A stretch of 64,000 bases of DNA from contig MFNL01000002.1 in the NCBI GenBank assembly GCA_001782035.1, positions 188,865 through 252,864 of the forward strand, written 5' to 3'. This DNA is from Candidatus Levybacteria bacterium RIFCSPHIGHO2_01_FULL_37_17 (lineage in GTDB: Bacteria; Patescibacteriota; Microgenomatia; Levybacterales; UBA12049). The position numbers and the translations under genes were made by a program. Each line of letters opens with the position of its first letter. The first letter of the stretch is position 1. Under the pieces are notes generated by a model, which worked only from the letters and a program-made list of their open reading frames with translations, was not told where the DNA came from and made no database searches. Shown piece by piece: positions 9,248 through 18,681 of this stretch.

Positions 9248-9862
9248 TTAAGATAAATTTTGTTCTGTATTTAATAATTCGTTTGCACGGATTGCTCTTA
9301 AAATTTTAAGTTGTGTCACCACCTGATCCCCTCTTTCTTCTGGTGTACCACTGACCAGCAATAATTTTTCGGGAAAATATAATTCAATAAAATTTCTCAT
9401 CATCCCATGCAGTTTTGTTGATGTTTCTTCTTCACTACTTCGAGAATTATCGGTTTTATACGGAAACTCTCTCGGATCTTGTGCAATTGCAATAATCTCA
9501 TATCTTTCTGTGGCTGATATGGATTGTCTTTGCAATTCTCTAACCACCATTAGATCTTTGCGTGTCGCTTGGTATAGCCTTGCACCGATAAATAAGTGAA
9601 ACAACGGCGTGTCGGTAATAAATCCATCTTGGGCATTAGAACGACGCTCTTCCCTATCTTGTTGCATCCACATATAGCATCTTTCTACTGGACTTTCAAA
9701 TTGTCCAAATTCTGTTTTAAGTCTCCTTGACTCCTCTCCAATGGAATCATAATCAAAACCCTCCATTTTAAGTCTGTATGTAAGGTATGCGGCAAGGGTA
9801 GACTTTCCTGTACAGGGGCCACCCGATAAAGCTATATTAATTCTTTGTTCTTTTTCTACCAT
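9248..9862 (-). CDS. P-loop NTPase/kinase (AAA_28/NadR-like)
   Basis: GGPCTGKST, ITDTP, YKTDNSR. Confidence 0.75.
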   Translation of the reverse strand: MVEKEQRINIALSGGPCTGKSTLAAYLTYRLKMEGFDYDSIGEESRRLKTEFGQFESPVERCYMWMQQDREERRSNAQDGFITDTPLFHLFIGARLYQATRKDLMVVRELQRQSISATERYEIIAIAQDPREFPYKTDNSRSSEEETSTKLHGMMRNFIELYFPEKLLLVSGTPEERGDQVVTQLKILRAIRANELLNTEQNLS

Positions 9863-9958
9863 TTAATCCGAGGCAGCAGTTGTAAATTTACTCCCCTTTT
9901 CCTGCGGTGTCAACTATTTTCCTTGACTTGGCTGGTAATAATTGTTATAAGCTCCATC

Positions 9959-10378
9959 ATGAGTAGAATAGAGATGCTAACACCGATTGAAAGAATAAGA
10001 CGCTATGAATTAAAGGATTCTGGAGAAGCCAAGCCCGGACAAAGGCAAAGAGGAATCGTTTTGGCAAGATTTGAAATAAATGAAGCTGAAACAAACTGGA
10101 AATATCCGAGCCTACAGGATCTTGTGCCAATTGTCTACGAAGATAGATATTATCCTGAAGGTGAAACTTATCTAATATGGCAAGCAGGCCAGTCTTTAGA
10201 TACTTTTGTGCGAAGTCTTGCGCTTGGCCGAAGGCATGCTATAAAAATTGCAGATGAAGTAAGAGAAGAAATTGGCTGCGAAGATTTAACAGACGGAGAA
10301 ATAATCGATGTCTTAAATAGAGACCTGGATTTTAGGAATTACGCAATAAGAATTGGGCTCCACAGCGAAAACGATTAA
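9959..10378 (+). CDS. Hypothetical protein
   Basis: TTGACT-17-TATAAG (9923-9951) then ATG 9959. Confidence 0.6.
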   Translation: MSRIEMLTPIERIRRYELKDSGEAKPGQRQRGIVLARFEINEAETNWKYPSLQDLVPIVYEDRYYPEGETYLIWQAGQSLDTFVRSLALGRRHAIKIADEVREEIGCEDLTDGEIIDVLNRDLDFRNYAIRIGLHSEND

Positions 10379-10414
10379 TACTTTAAGGCTCCTAATTGCT
10401 ACGCTTTGCTAATT

Positions 10415-10434
10415 GAGGCTAATTATAACAGAAG
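10415..10434 (-). repeat. Direct repeat R2
   Basis: gaggctaattataacagaag, 19/20 identical to 9225-9244. Confidence 0.8.
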
Positions 10435-10848
10435 TTAATTTTGCTCAACTACTGGACCGGATCGTATCATGGGGTCTGTTGGAACAACTACATTCATTCT
10501 TCGCATGCCTTCGAAATCGTCTATTCTATATCTTCGAATCACAGATGGATCTGCCTCCGGATCCTGGTCCTTATAATACATTTCTACCCAACCTAGGCCT
10601 GCAAACCTTACCGAAACTAATTTTCCGTTGAACGTGTCACGGAATTCACCGACTTTTGGCGGCTTTTTCATTACAGAAAGCTGAGTTTCATGAGTTATTA
10701 AACGATTGCCAACATTGTTTAGTTCAGTTACTTCAGACGGGGTTAGGCCCATCGGACCAAAAAGTTTATCTACGAGTTCTCTTTCTCTTTCAACCAGAAC
10801 ACCAGCCTCAAGCGAAGAGAGCGATCCAACCATTTTTCTTGTTTCCAT
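10435..10848 (-). CDS. Hypothetical protein
   Basis: ATG 10848 lies 7 nt after TGgTAGAAT. Confidence 0.6.
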   Translation of the reverse strand: METRKMVGSLSSLEAGVLVERERELVDKLFGPMGLTPSEVTELNNVGNRLITHETQLSVMKKPPKVGEFRDTFNGKLVSVRFAGLGWVEMYYKDQDPEADPSVIRRYRIDDFEGMRRMNVVVPTDPMIRSGPVVEQN

Positions 10849-10900
10849 AATCCCAATTCTACCAAATCCTAAGCCTAGAGTAAATATTAAGGTCAAATCC

Positions 10901-10921
10901 GGAGCTAATTATAGCAGAAGA
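10901..10921 (-). repeat. Direct repeat R3
   Basis: gctaattatagcagaaga, 18/18 identical to 9228-9245. Confidence 0.8.
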
Positions 10922-10972
10922 ACGATATATTCTAATATCTAAATTTTCAAGGCTAAGTGCTATAATGGACGA

Positions 10973-12409
10973 ATGAAAATTTTGTTTGTGGTATGGGAAC
11001 TTGATCCATTTTTCAAGCTTGGTGGCCTAGGGGATGTCGCTCGCTCTCTTCCCGGCGCGTTAAAAATTTTAGGAGAAGATATCCGTACGATAACCCCCTA
11101 TTACAAGGCAGTCAAAATGGGAAGAAATAAAAAAACACTTATCGGGAAGCTAAGTTTTGAATATGGTGGAAGAAAACAAAGGATTGAGGTCTGGAAGACA
11201 AATCAACCCTATACGAAAGTGCCTGCATATTTTTTAAAAAACAAAAAATATCTGGATAAAGCAACTCCGACGGATACCTGGGGATTTTTCAATAAAGCTG
11301 TAGTTGAGGTTATAAAAAACAATATTCTAAACTGGCAGCCGGAAATAATCCACATAAATGATCGCCACGGTGGACTAATTCCGCTTCTTATAAAAATAGA
11401 AAAACTTCCTATAAAAACAATTCTTACAATTCACAATCTTGCTTTTCAGGGACAGGCTAAGATGAAGATATTAAAAGATATGGGGATAGACCCTGAACTT
11501 TGCAAAATAACCAAATGGGAAATTAAATCTAGACAAGTAAACTTTTTAATGGAGGCAATTATCCATTCCGACACTATTACCACTGTCTCCCCTACTTATG
11601 CCAAGGAAATTTTAACCGAAGAATACGGTCAGGGACTAAATGATCTTTTAAAGCAAATGTCTGGAAAAATTTTTGGAATACTCAATGGAATTGACATTGA
11701 CTGGCGCTATACTACGCACGGAACCGCGGTTAGGTATCCATATAATTCTTCGGAGAAAAAAACAGATGGAAAAATTGAATATTATCATTGGCTGGATGGA
11801 AAAAAACATAATAAACTTTTTTTGCAAAAAAAGTTAGGCCTTAAAGTTGGTGAAAATATTCCTCTTATTTGTTTTATAGGAAGGCTTGATCCAAAACAAA
11901 AAGGACTTGATATATTACATACTCTGCTAAGGCGCAATGCTGATAAACCAAATTTCCAATTTGTACTTTTAGGCGATGGGGATAAAAACTGGGAAGAGCG
12001 TTATAAATGGCTTTCCACATTTTATCCAAAAAGTTTTTCCTGCAATTTTAGATTTGACGAAACACTTGCACACCAGCTTTATGCTGGATCGGATTTTATT
12101 GTTATTCCATCCCTCTATGAACCGTGCGGACTTATACAAATGATCGCAATGCTATTTGGAACAATTCCAATTGCGCATAAAACCGGAGGGCTAAAGGATT
12201 CTATAAAAGACAACTATAATGGATTTTTATTTCCCGATTACAATTCAATTTCTTTGGAAAAGTCTGTTACAAAAGCCATTGACGTTTGGCGAAATGACAG
12301 ATTTGAATTTGAAAAAATTGTAGAACATGCACTAAAAACGGATTTTTCTTGGACCAAAAGCGCAAAAGAATATAAAGTTCTTTACGAAAAACTACTGAGT
12401 AATTCCTAA
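10973..12409 (+). CDS. glgA: Glycogen synthase
   Basis: KLGGLGDV, TIHNLAFQG, TVSPTYAKEI, PSLYEPCGL. Confidence 0.93.
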   Translation: MKILFVVWELDPFFKLGGLGDVARSLPGALKILGEDIRTITPYYKAVKMGRNKKTLIGKLSFEYGGRKQRIEVWKTNQPYTKVPAYFLKNKKYLDKATPTDTWGFFNKAVVEVIKNNILNWQPEIIHINDRHGGLIPLLIKIEKLPIKTILTIHNLAFQGQAKMKILKDMGIDPELCKITKWEIKSRQVNFLMEAIIHSDTITTVSPTYAKEILTEEYGQGLNDLLKQMSGKIFGILNGIDIDWRYTTHGTAVRYPYNSSEKKTDGKIEYYHWLDGKKHNKLFLQKKLGLKVGENIPLICFIGRLDPKQKGLDILHTLLRRNADKPNFQFVLLGDGDKNWEERYKWLSTFYPKSFSCNFRFDETLAHQLYAGSDFIVIPSLYEPCGLIQMIAMLFGTIPIAHKTGGLKDSIKDNYNGFLFPDYNSISLEKSVTKAIDVWRNDRFEFEKIVEHALKTDFSWTKSAKEYKVLYEKLLSNS

Positions 12410-12466
12410 AAAGCCAAGGCCAAAAATCGGCTTCCCCCGTGACGTTTCATTTTTATCACCCTTGGT

Positions 12467-12901
12467 CTATTTCCAAAACCCGAGCACCAGACCCATCGCA
12501 AGTAAGGATACCAACCAATAAGCTGCATCTAGACCAAACAATTTCCAGTCTTTCTTTTCGCTAAAAATTGTATTTCCTAAATGAATTGGCAATATAAATC
12601 CTAACCACATCCAAAAAGCAGTCATTAGTCCAGTAGTTAATGGTTCGTAATTGAAAAAGTTTTGAGACAAAAACATGACATGTGCCAAAACGTATGCCGT
12701 GATTAAACTTACCACGTAAGTTACTGCGTAGTAGGGCATCATTTTCTTTTGCATTTCAGCCATTTCCTCTTTGCTTTTGCTATCAAACCCCTTCAATTTC
12801 TGCCACATTTTTCCAAACAAAGGACCGTACCAGGCAAAACCGATTACCATTTGGGCTACAGCGGCTAAAAGTAGAGCAATATAATTTACTTCAACTCCCA
12901 T
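12467..12901 (-). CDS. DUF1761-like membrane protein
   Basis: GFAWYGPLFGK.W, about 4 TM; TTGACA promoter and GGAGGTG SD upstream. Confidence 0.8.
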   Translation of the reverse strand: MGVEVNYIALLLAAVAQMVIGFAWYGPLFGKMWQKLKGFDSKSKEEMAEMQKKMMPYYAVTYVVSLITAYVLAHVMFLSQNFFNYEPLTTGLMTAFWMWLGFILPIHLGNTIFSEKKDWKLFGLDAAYWLVSLLAMGLVLGFWK

Positions 12902-12960
12902 TTATCTCACCTCCTCTCTTGTTTGAGAATACGAAGATTATCTGAAGTTGTCAATGCCGA

Positions 12961-13506
12961 TTATTCGATATTTTCTCCCTTTCCTATTACCTCTGTATAT
13001 TTAATTATTTCCTCTTTTGAAAGTTCTTCCATATGAACACCCTCTCTTTTGGCAATAATTAATCCCTGAATAAGTTTTTTTGCAAAAGCCGCGTCGTTTT
13101 TTCTCATATAGTTGAGTATAAATACCTCCTGATTTCCGTAGCGCGTGATACATTTTAAAGTGGCAAAAAATGGGCTTAGGCTAACTTCCACATTTAAAAT
13201 GTCCTCGATTGCATAACCTCTTATATCCTTATGGAAGAAAAACATTCTGTCTATTACGGTAACTTTAGTTTTGTCAATTATTATGCTATCGACAAAAAAT
13301 GTAAAAGGAAAAACAGTATCTGCTTTAAACAAAATTGAATTTGAGGCTTTTGCTAAAGTTACAATTTTTTCTGAGTCTTTAATATCCTCTGGTTTTGGGG
13401 TTGGAACGGCTACTGCGCGCGCAATTTTTGAGTCTTCGTTTTTAAACAAGATATCGTTATTTATTATTCTATCTTCTTCCTCAAAAATTACCGCGCGTTG
13501 TTTCAT
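12961..13506 (-). CDS. Bacterial PH-domain-like protein
   Basis: FPF..F.D.I.I..K, I.DI..V....PFFATL; ATG 13506 after AAAGGTG. Confidence 0.6.
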   Translation of the reverse strand: MKQRAVIFEEEDRIINNDILFKNEDSKIARAVAVPTPKPEDIKDSEKIVTLAKASNSILFKADTVFPFTFFVDSIIIDKTKVTVIDRMFFFHKDIRGYAIEDILNVEVSLSPFFATLKCITRYGNQEVFILNYMRKNDAAFAKKLIQGLIIAKREGVHMEELSKEEIIKYTEVIGKGENIE

Positions 13507-13527
13507 ATTAAACGCACCTTTACATAT

Positions 13528-13555
13528 TAAACGGAATATAGACAAATTGGTTTCA
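13528..13555 (-). promoter_or_regulatory. ECF-type promoter TGAAAC-N16-CGTTTA
   Basis: SigW-like -35/-10 with 16-nt spacer, upstream of gene 13506. Confidence 0.55.
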
Positions 13556-13578
13556 GTTTTAAGTAGAAAACTAAATAA

Positions 13579-14685
13579 CTACTTTAAATATTTATTGAAG
13601 AATTCAACTGTTTTTTGCATTGCTTGATTAAATGCAGCTCCGCTAAAGTTATGACCACCGGTTGGATATTCATTTAATTCATGGTGAATAGATGTTTTGT
13701 CTAGCAAGCTGTTTAAATTTCTGCTGAATTCTATGCTAACTACAGGATCATCTAAGGCATGATTTAAAGAAATTGCACCTTTTATGCCTGAGAGGTAATT
13801 AGTAATTGGGACTTGTTTCCAAAAAGAAGAATTTGGATCAAATTGTCCGTATCTTTCAACCAATTCGTTTCTTTTTTTTCTGCTCGGTGATTCAGATGGC
13901 GGAGGTTGATAAGAATTATCATCTATTCCAAATTCGGCAAGATCTTCGTAGGTATAAACCGCTCCTGCCCAAATCGCAACCGCTGGTATATTGGGAGATG
14001 CAGCCAATGCTCTGGATACGACGTTTCCGGCCATAGAATGTCCCCAAAGCCCAATTTTGTCGGGATTAACAAAGTTTGCGTTTTGGAGGGCAGCTTTGGC
14101 ATTTAACGTGTCTACAATATAATCACCCGAATAATACCCTCCTCCCGGCTCTCCTTCGCTCTGTCCGTGTCCCCTAAGGTCTATTTTAAAAATAACAAAA
14201 CCATTCTTTGCCAAATAATCAACGTAGGAAGAATAATTAACCAGCGTTTGGTAATTTTTAGGAGGAATGTAGCCGTGGACAAAAACAATTGCCGGCCACC
14301 CATTTTCCGGCTTGCCTCCCGCAGGGATTGTAAGAAATCCGTTTATTTTATTTCCGTCCGAGATGTAATTTGTTAAAAAAGATGTGTAATTTGAATTTTT
14401 CGAAACCTCTGCGAGCTCACCCAACTGACTTTTGTAATCTCTTGATCGAAGATATGGGATGGTTATTTCCTGGAAAGGGAAAGGCGCTGGGGAAATAGAA
14501 TTTGAAATTGGGCTGTTAAGGCTTGCAGCTTGGTTTTTGTTGAAAAACGAGTAATAAAAGGCGCCCAAAACGAAAAGGTTGAAACCAATTAAAGCTGAAA
14601 GTAGAAGAGCAATTTTTTTTATTCTTTGAGGCCTGGTCAAAATTTGTGGCTTATCTGTAGGCCCTTGCTTGGTATTTTCTTCCAT
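13579..14685 (-). CDS. Membrane-anchored alpha/beta hydrolase (S9 peptidase-like)
   Basis: HGYIPP, WGHSMAG nucleophile elbow, D..V, GHN. Confidence 0.85.
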   Translation of the reverse strand: MEENTKQGPTDKPQILTRPQRIKKIALLLSALIGFNLFVLGAFYYSFFNKNQAASLNSPISNSISPAPFPFQEITIPYLRSRDYKSQLGELAEVSKNSNYTSFLTNYISDGNKINGFLTIPAGGKPENGWPAIVFVHGYIPPKNYQTLVNYSSYVDYLAKNGFVIFKIDLRGHGQSEGEPGGGYYSGDYIVDTLNAKAALQNANFVNPDKIGLWGHSMAGNVVSRALAASPNIPAVAIWAGAVYTYEDLAEFGIDDNSYQPPPSESPSRKKRNELVERYGQFDPNSSFWKQVPITNYLSGIKGAISLNHALDDPVVSIEFSRNLNSLLDKTSIHHELNEYPTGGHNFSGAAFNQAMQKTVEFFNKYLK

Positions 14686-14708
14686 AAGCTTTATAATTAT
14701 ACCTTAAA

Positions 14709-15857
14709 ATGAGTCAGCAAAATTCGCACTTAGACCAAGTTAAAAAATATCCAAACTTTGCCTTACGCAATAGTTTTATTGTGTTTTTTTTAGCAATAAT
14801 TATTTTCGGTTTAATCATTTTCTTTTTTCTTTCCTTTCTAGCTGAAAAAGCACCCGATAAAACAGCAGAAAGCAAAATCCCTTTACTTAGACCAATGGCC
14901 ACTCCTACGCTCCCACCTATACCCTCAAGCAAAATTCTTTCAAACGGTAACTATCATATTTTTCAAACATTTAATAATTGCGGCCCGGCATCTTTATCTA
15001 TGGCTTTAAGGTTCTACGGAATTGAGGTAAGTCAGGCAGAATTAGGAAATGATTTAAGACCTTATCAAATTCCGGGTGGAGATAATGACGACAAGTCGGT
15101 AACGCTTGAAGAGCTTGCCGAAAAAGCGAAAGAATATGGATTTATAACCTATCACCGACCTATGGGAAATCCTGAAATAATTAAAAAATTTATAGCTAAT
15201 GACATTCCTGTTATAGCGCGTACATGGACCAAGCCCAATGAAGACATCGGACATTACAGAGTTATAAAAGGATATGATGAGGCCCGCGGAATTTTTGTTC
15301 AGGATGACTCACTCCAAAATAAAAATTTGGAATACACCTACTCTGACTTTAATGAAATCTGGGAAAAATTCAATTATGAATACTTGGTTCTTGTTCCCAA
15401 AGAAAAAGAAGAAATCGCAAATACTATACTAGGAAATCATCTCGATACGAAAAATGCTTGGAGAGATGCCATAAAAAACTCGGAAGAAGAATTGCGAACA
15501 AATCCAAATGCCCTGAGCGCGCGGTTTAATCTTTCCGTAGCGCTTTACAATGTTGGAGAATATAAGCGCTCAACGGAAGAATTTGAAAAAGCTGAACATT
15601 TACTTCCCTTCCGGACTCTTTGGTATCAGATAGAGCCTATTGAGGCATATTATGAACTGAGAAACTACGACCGGGTTTTTGAAGTAACGAATAAGGTTTT
15701 AAATAATTACAATCGAGCTTTTTCTGAACTTTATATCCTTAGAGGAAAAGCTTACCAGAGACAAGGACAAACAGATCTAGCACGTGCAGAATTTGAAAAA
15801 GCAGTATTTTATAATGTGAATCTCAAGGATGCCCGTGAGCTTTTGAACTCTACTTGA
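14709..15857 (+). CDS. C39-like cysteine peptidase with TPR repeats, N-terminal TM
   Basis: QTFNNCGPAS, GHYRV, DS; TPR C-terminus. Confidence 0.85.
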   Translation: MSQQNSHLDQVKKYPNFALRNSFIVFFLAIIIFGLIIFFFLSFLAEKAPDKTAESKIPLLRPMATPTLPPIPSSKILSNGNYHIFQTFNNCGPASLSMALRFYGIEVSQAELGNDLRPYQIPGGDNDDKSVTLEELAEKAKEYGFITYHRPMGNPEIIKKFIANDIPVIARTWTKPNEDIGHYRVIKGYDEARGIFVQDDSLQNKNLEYTYSDFNEIWEKFNYEYLVLVPKEKEEIANTILGNHLDTKNAWRDAIKNSEEELRTNPNALSARFNLSVALYNVGEYKRSTEEFEKAEHLLPFRTLWYQIEPIEAYYELRNYDRVFEVTNKVLNNYNRAFSELYILRGKAYQRQGQTDLARAEFEKAVFYNVNLKDARELLNST

Positions 15858-16893
15858 GATATTTATCAAAAAATTCTACTGATCTTCTCGCTGCTGTTCC
15901 AAAATTTGCCGAAATATTATGATCGTCACCCGAATATGTATAAAGCTCAACAATTTTCCCTACATCTTTTAGTTGCTGCGCCAATTTTTCAGAAAACTCA
16001 ACTGGCACGGACGAATCTGCAGTCCCGTGGTGCAGTTGGAGCGGTCCTGAAATATCGGAAAGGAAAGAGTTTGCGGAAATCGAATTCCAAAAAGTCGGGT
16101 TTTGAGAAGGTTCTCCAAACTGCTGTGATAATGCCTGTCTCCAGCTTCCTCCCCTAGTTGAAGGCGTTGCGGAAGGGGCATTTCTTCTTCTCCATCTTTC
16201 GAATAAATCCTCATAACTTCCAACAACTCCTGCCCAGATAACCCCTGCTTTTATATCTTTTGAAACAACCATAGCCCGCAACGTTATAAATCCTCCCAAG
16301 GAATGTCCCCACATACCAATTCTATTCGGATTCACGCTTTTATGCTTTTTGAGTGAGGATAGTGCATTTAAAATATCTATGGCATAAGCGTTAGAACCGT
16401 AAGCACCAGTAGCCTCACCCTCCGAGCTACCATGCCCCCTATAATCCGGGCGGAGCAAAACATATCCGTTTCGTGAAAAAGCGTCTGTATAAGCAATGTA
16501 TTTTTCCGTAGTTTTATACTGCGCAGGAGGTATATACCCATGATTAAATACAATTGCCGGGAAACCGTCTTTGGGGGGATCTGCCTTGGGTATAGTCAGG
16601 AGGGCGTAAATTTTTAGGCCTTCGGACAGATAAGATACAATATGCCGGCTATAATTGCTTCCAGGCTCAAGAGTTTGCTCAATTTTTAAATCAGACCCGG
16701 GATAATTTTGCTTTCTTAGATATTCAATTGATAGATTGTGGGGATTGTTATCAAGAATTCCGCCAAATATATTTTCATTATTCTCATTTGTCGCAAGAGA
16801 ATTTTTTTCTTTTGAAATTAGATTTTGAAACAAAAATAGGCTAATTAAAATAATAATTGAAAGTAAAACTATATAGAAAGGCCTTTTTGGCAT
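15850..16893 (-). CDS. Membrane-anchored alpha/beta hydrolase (S9 peptidase-like), paralog of 13579-14685
   Basis: HGYIPP, WGHSLGG, HGTADSSVP, DHN. Confidence 0.85.
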   Translation of the reverse strand: MPKRPFYIVLLSIIILISLFLFQNLISKEKNSLATNENNENIFGGILDNNPHNLSIEYLRKQNYPGSDLKIEQTLEPGSNYSRHIVSYLSEGLKIYALLTIPKADPPKDGFPAIVFNHGYIPPAQYKTTEKYIAYTDAFSRNGYVLLRPDYRGHGSSEGEATGAYGSNAYAIDILNALSSLKKHKSVNPNRIGMWGHSLGGFITLRAMVVSKDIKAGVIWAGVVGSYEDLFERWRRRNAPSATPSTRGGSWRQALSQQFGEPSQNPTFWNSISANSFLSDISGPLQLHHGTADSSVPVEFSEKLAQQLKDVGKIVELYTYSGDDHNISANFGTAARRSVEFFDKYLK

Positions 16894-16961
16894 AGAAGAT
16901 TCCTTTATTTTATATGAAAAGTAATTGGCTATTCAAGGCTTAAAGTTGCTAAATAGAAATT

Positions 16962-17600
16962 CTATAAACCGGGGTTTGTTTGTAGATTTTGTGAGGGGAG
17001 TGTTTGAAGCATCTCTTCAACTTCTTCTTTTTTATCTTCCACCTTAGATGCGTTTTTTTCAATTATTTCCTTGACTTGGATTAATGAGTCTTTTATTTTC
17101 TCTGAAGCATTGATTAAACCGGTATTTTTAGGAAGTTCTATTTCGTTTTCAGCTTGCTTCTCTTCTATAGGTGTCGCTGTTGCTGCTCCATTAGAATCAA
17201 TACTTGCCTCATTTTCTTTAGCAGTTTCTAGATCCTGCGTCTCTGTTTCATTATTCTGGGGGCTTTGTCCCAAGTTATGGGAGACTCTCTCATAAACTTT
17301 TTGCGACAAGACCTTAAGCGGATAAAGCGCTTGCCCCTGCTGTGTTGCGCTTGCAACGTGGCTGAAAACAACAAAGAATAGGAAAAGTATTGGAAGCGCG
17401 TATAAAACTCTACTGTATAAGCTCGAAGTTTTCAAAGGATTATCAATTTGGTTTAGGAATTTGTCTTTTGTTTGTTTTGACCTTTGAAAACTATAAAGGT
17501 TGGAAAGATTCTTTGTAAACAAGAGCATTTCTGCTGCGTCCTTAGCATCATCTCCTTGGCTCTTAAATTCAGAGATTGTTAATTTATCTTTTTTATTCAT
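16962..17600 (-). CDS. Putative anti-sigma factor (TM + DUF5667-like LYPLK motif)
   Basis: Overlaps ECF sigma stop; single TM; GQALYPLK. Confidence 0.6.
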   Translation of the reverse strand: MNKKDKLTISEFKSQGDDAKDAAEMLLFTKNLSNLYSFQRSKQTKDKFLNQIDNPLKTSSLYSRVLYALPILFLFFVVFSHVASATQQGQALYPLKVLSQKVYERVSHNLGQSPQNNETETQDLETAKENEASIDSNGAATATPIEEKQAENEIELPKNTGLINASEKIKDSLIQVKEIIEKNASKVEDKKEEVEEMLQTLPSQNLQTNPGL

Positions 17601-18099
17601 TTTTTATAACCTCTTTTAATTTTTTAATTGCCCTGTATTGCAAAACTCTTACATTTACTTCTGTCATATCTAAGGCAACTCCTACTTCTCTTGCGCTCAT
17701 TTCATTAATGAATCTTAAAATTAATACTTCTTTCAGGTTTTGAGGAAGCAGTTTAATTTGCTGATTAAGTTTTTGAATATTATCGTCTTTGTGCAGATTT
17801 TCGATCAGTTTTTGATCGTAAAATGGCTCTATTCCCCGTTCCATCGTTTCCTCTAGCGAGATTTGCCTTCGGTTTTTCTGTTTTCTATATAAGTCCACAA
17901 TAATATTTTTCGCTATTTTATATAAAAGTGCCTGAATGAAATTTAATTTTATTTTTGACCATTTTCTCCAAACCCGCAAAAATACCTCGCTAACAATGTC
18001 TTCTGCCAAATACGGGTCATTTATGCTCAAATAGACATAGCGATAAATTTTGTCGGAATATTTAAGGTAAATTTCTTCGAATTGCTGCCTCGAATTCAT
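17593..18099 (-). CDS. ECF RNA polymerase sigma factor
   Basis: AEDIVSEVF, LYKIAKN..VD..RK, region 4 VRVLQYRA. Confidence 0.93.
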   Translation of the reverse strand: MNSRQQFEEIYLKYSDKIYRYVYLSINDPYLAEDIVSEVFLRVWRKWSKIKLNFIQALLYKIAKNIIVDLYRKQKNRRQISLEETMERGIEPFYDQKLIENLHKDDNIQKLNQQIKLLPQNLKEVLILRFINEMSAREVGVALDMTEVNVRVLQYRAIKKLKEVIKNE

Positions 18100-18127
18100 T
18101 TACGATATTCTAGCACATTCCATATAC

Positions 18128-18155
18128 TGTAACGCGCAATATCGTATTTCGTTAT
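18128..18155 (+). promoter_or_regulatory. ECF-type promoter TGTAAC-N16-CGTTAT
   Basis: Divergent from ECF sigma; same spacing as 13528-13555. Confidence 0.55.
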
Positions 18156-18186
18156 ATGTTTAAACCAATACGAAAGGAGGAAAAGA

Positions 18187-18267
18187 GTGAATTCATTTAC
18201 TAAATTTTTAGATTCGATCGAGTTAGTGCTCGCCAATTTTTATTCAAGACTTTTCCGACTAATGTAG
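18187..18267 (+). CDS. Unannotated 26-aa peptide MNSFTKFLDSIELVLANFYSRLFRLM
   Basis: Strong SD AAAGGAGG 6 nt before GTG; ECF-like promoter upstream. Confidence 0.5.
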   Translation: MNSFTKFLDSIELVLANFYSRLFRLM

Positions 18268-18317
18268 CAATAGGACTAGTTGTTTTTTAGCCTATATTAT
18301 GCTACTATTTTGCCTCA

Positions 18318-18635
18318 ATGTCACAGGAATTTGAACGAACAAGACGCATGGCTATTCCTTCATGGGAAGAAACTAAGGGAACATTAGAAATTAGAACCCA
18401 TAATAACTCTACCCAACATAGTTTATTAATTAATAATCAGGATTTTTTAAGGGATAGTTATAAACAAGTTTACGATGCATTTGTATCCGGTAAAAAAGTT
18501 GCAAAATCAAACGACGGAGGCCCACTGGCGTATCATCTTAGAATAATTAGAGAAAAAGTTACAGGCAAGCCGGAAAAACGGTCCCGCGGTTTTGCAAAAG
18601 GCATACGAAGACAAAAAGCTCTTTCTGCTAAATAG
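18318..18635 (+). CDS. Hypothetical protein
   Basis: ORF preceded by TGcTACTAT. Confidence 0.55.
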   Translation: MSQEFERTRRMAIPSWEETKGTLEIRTHNNSTQHSLLINNQDFLRDSYKQVYDAFVSGKKVAKSNDGGPLAYHLRIIREKVTGKPEKRSRGFAKGIRRQKALSAK

Positions 18636-18681
18636 TCTTGAAATTTATCTTATAATATGCTACCATACCTCACTGCTTCTT

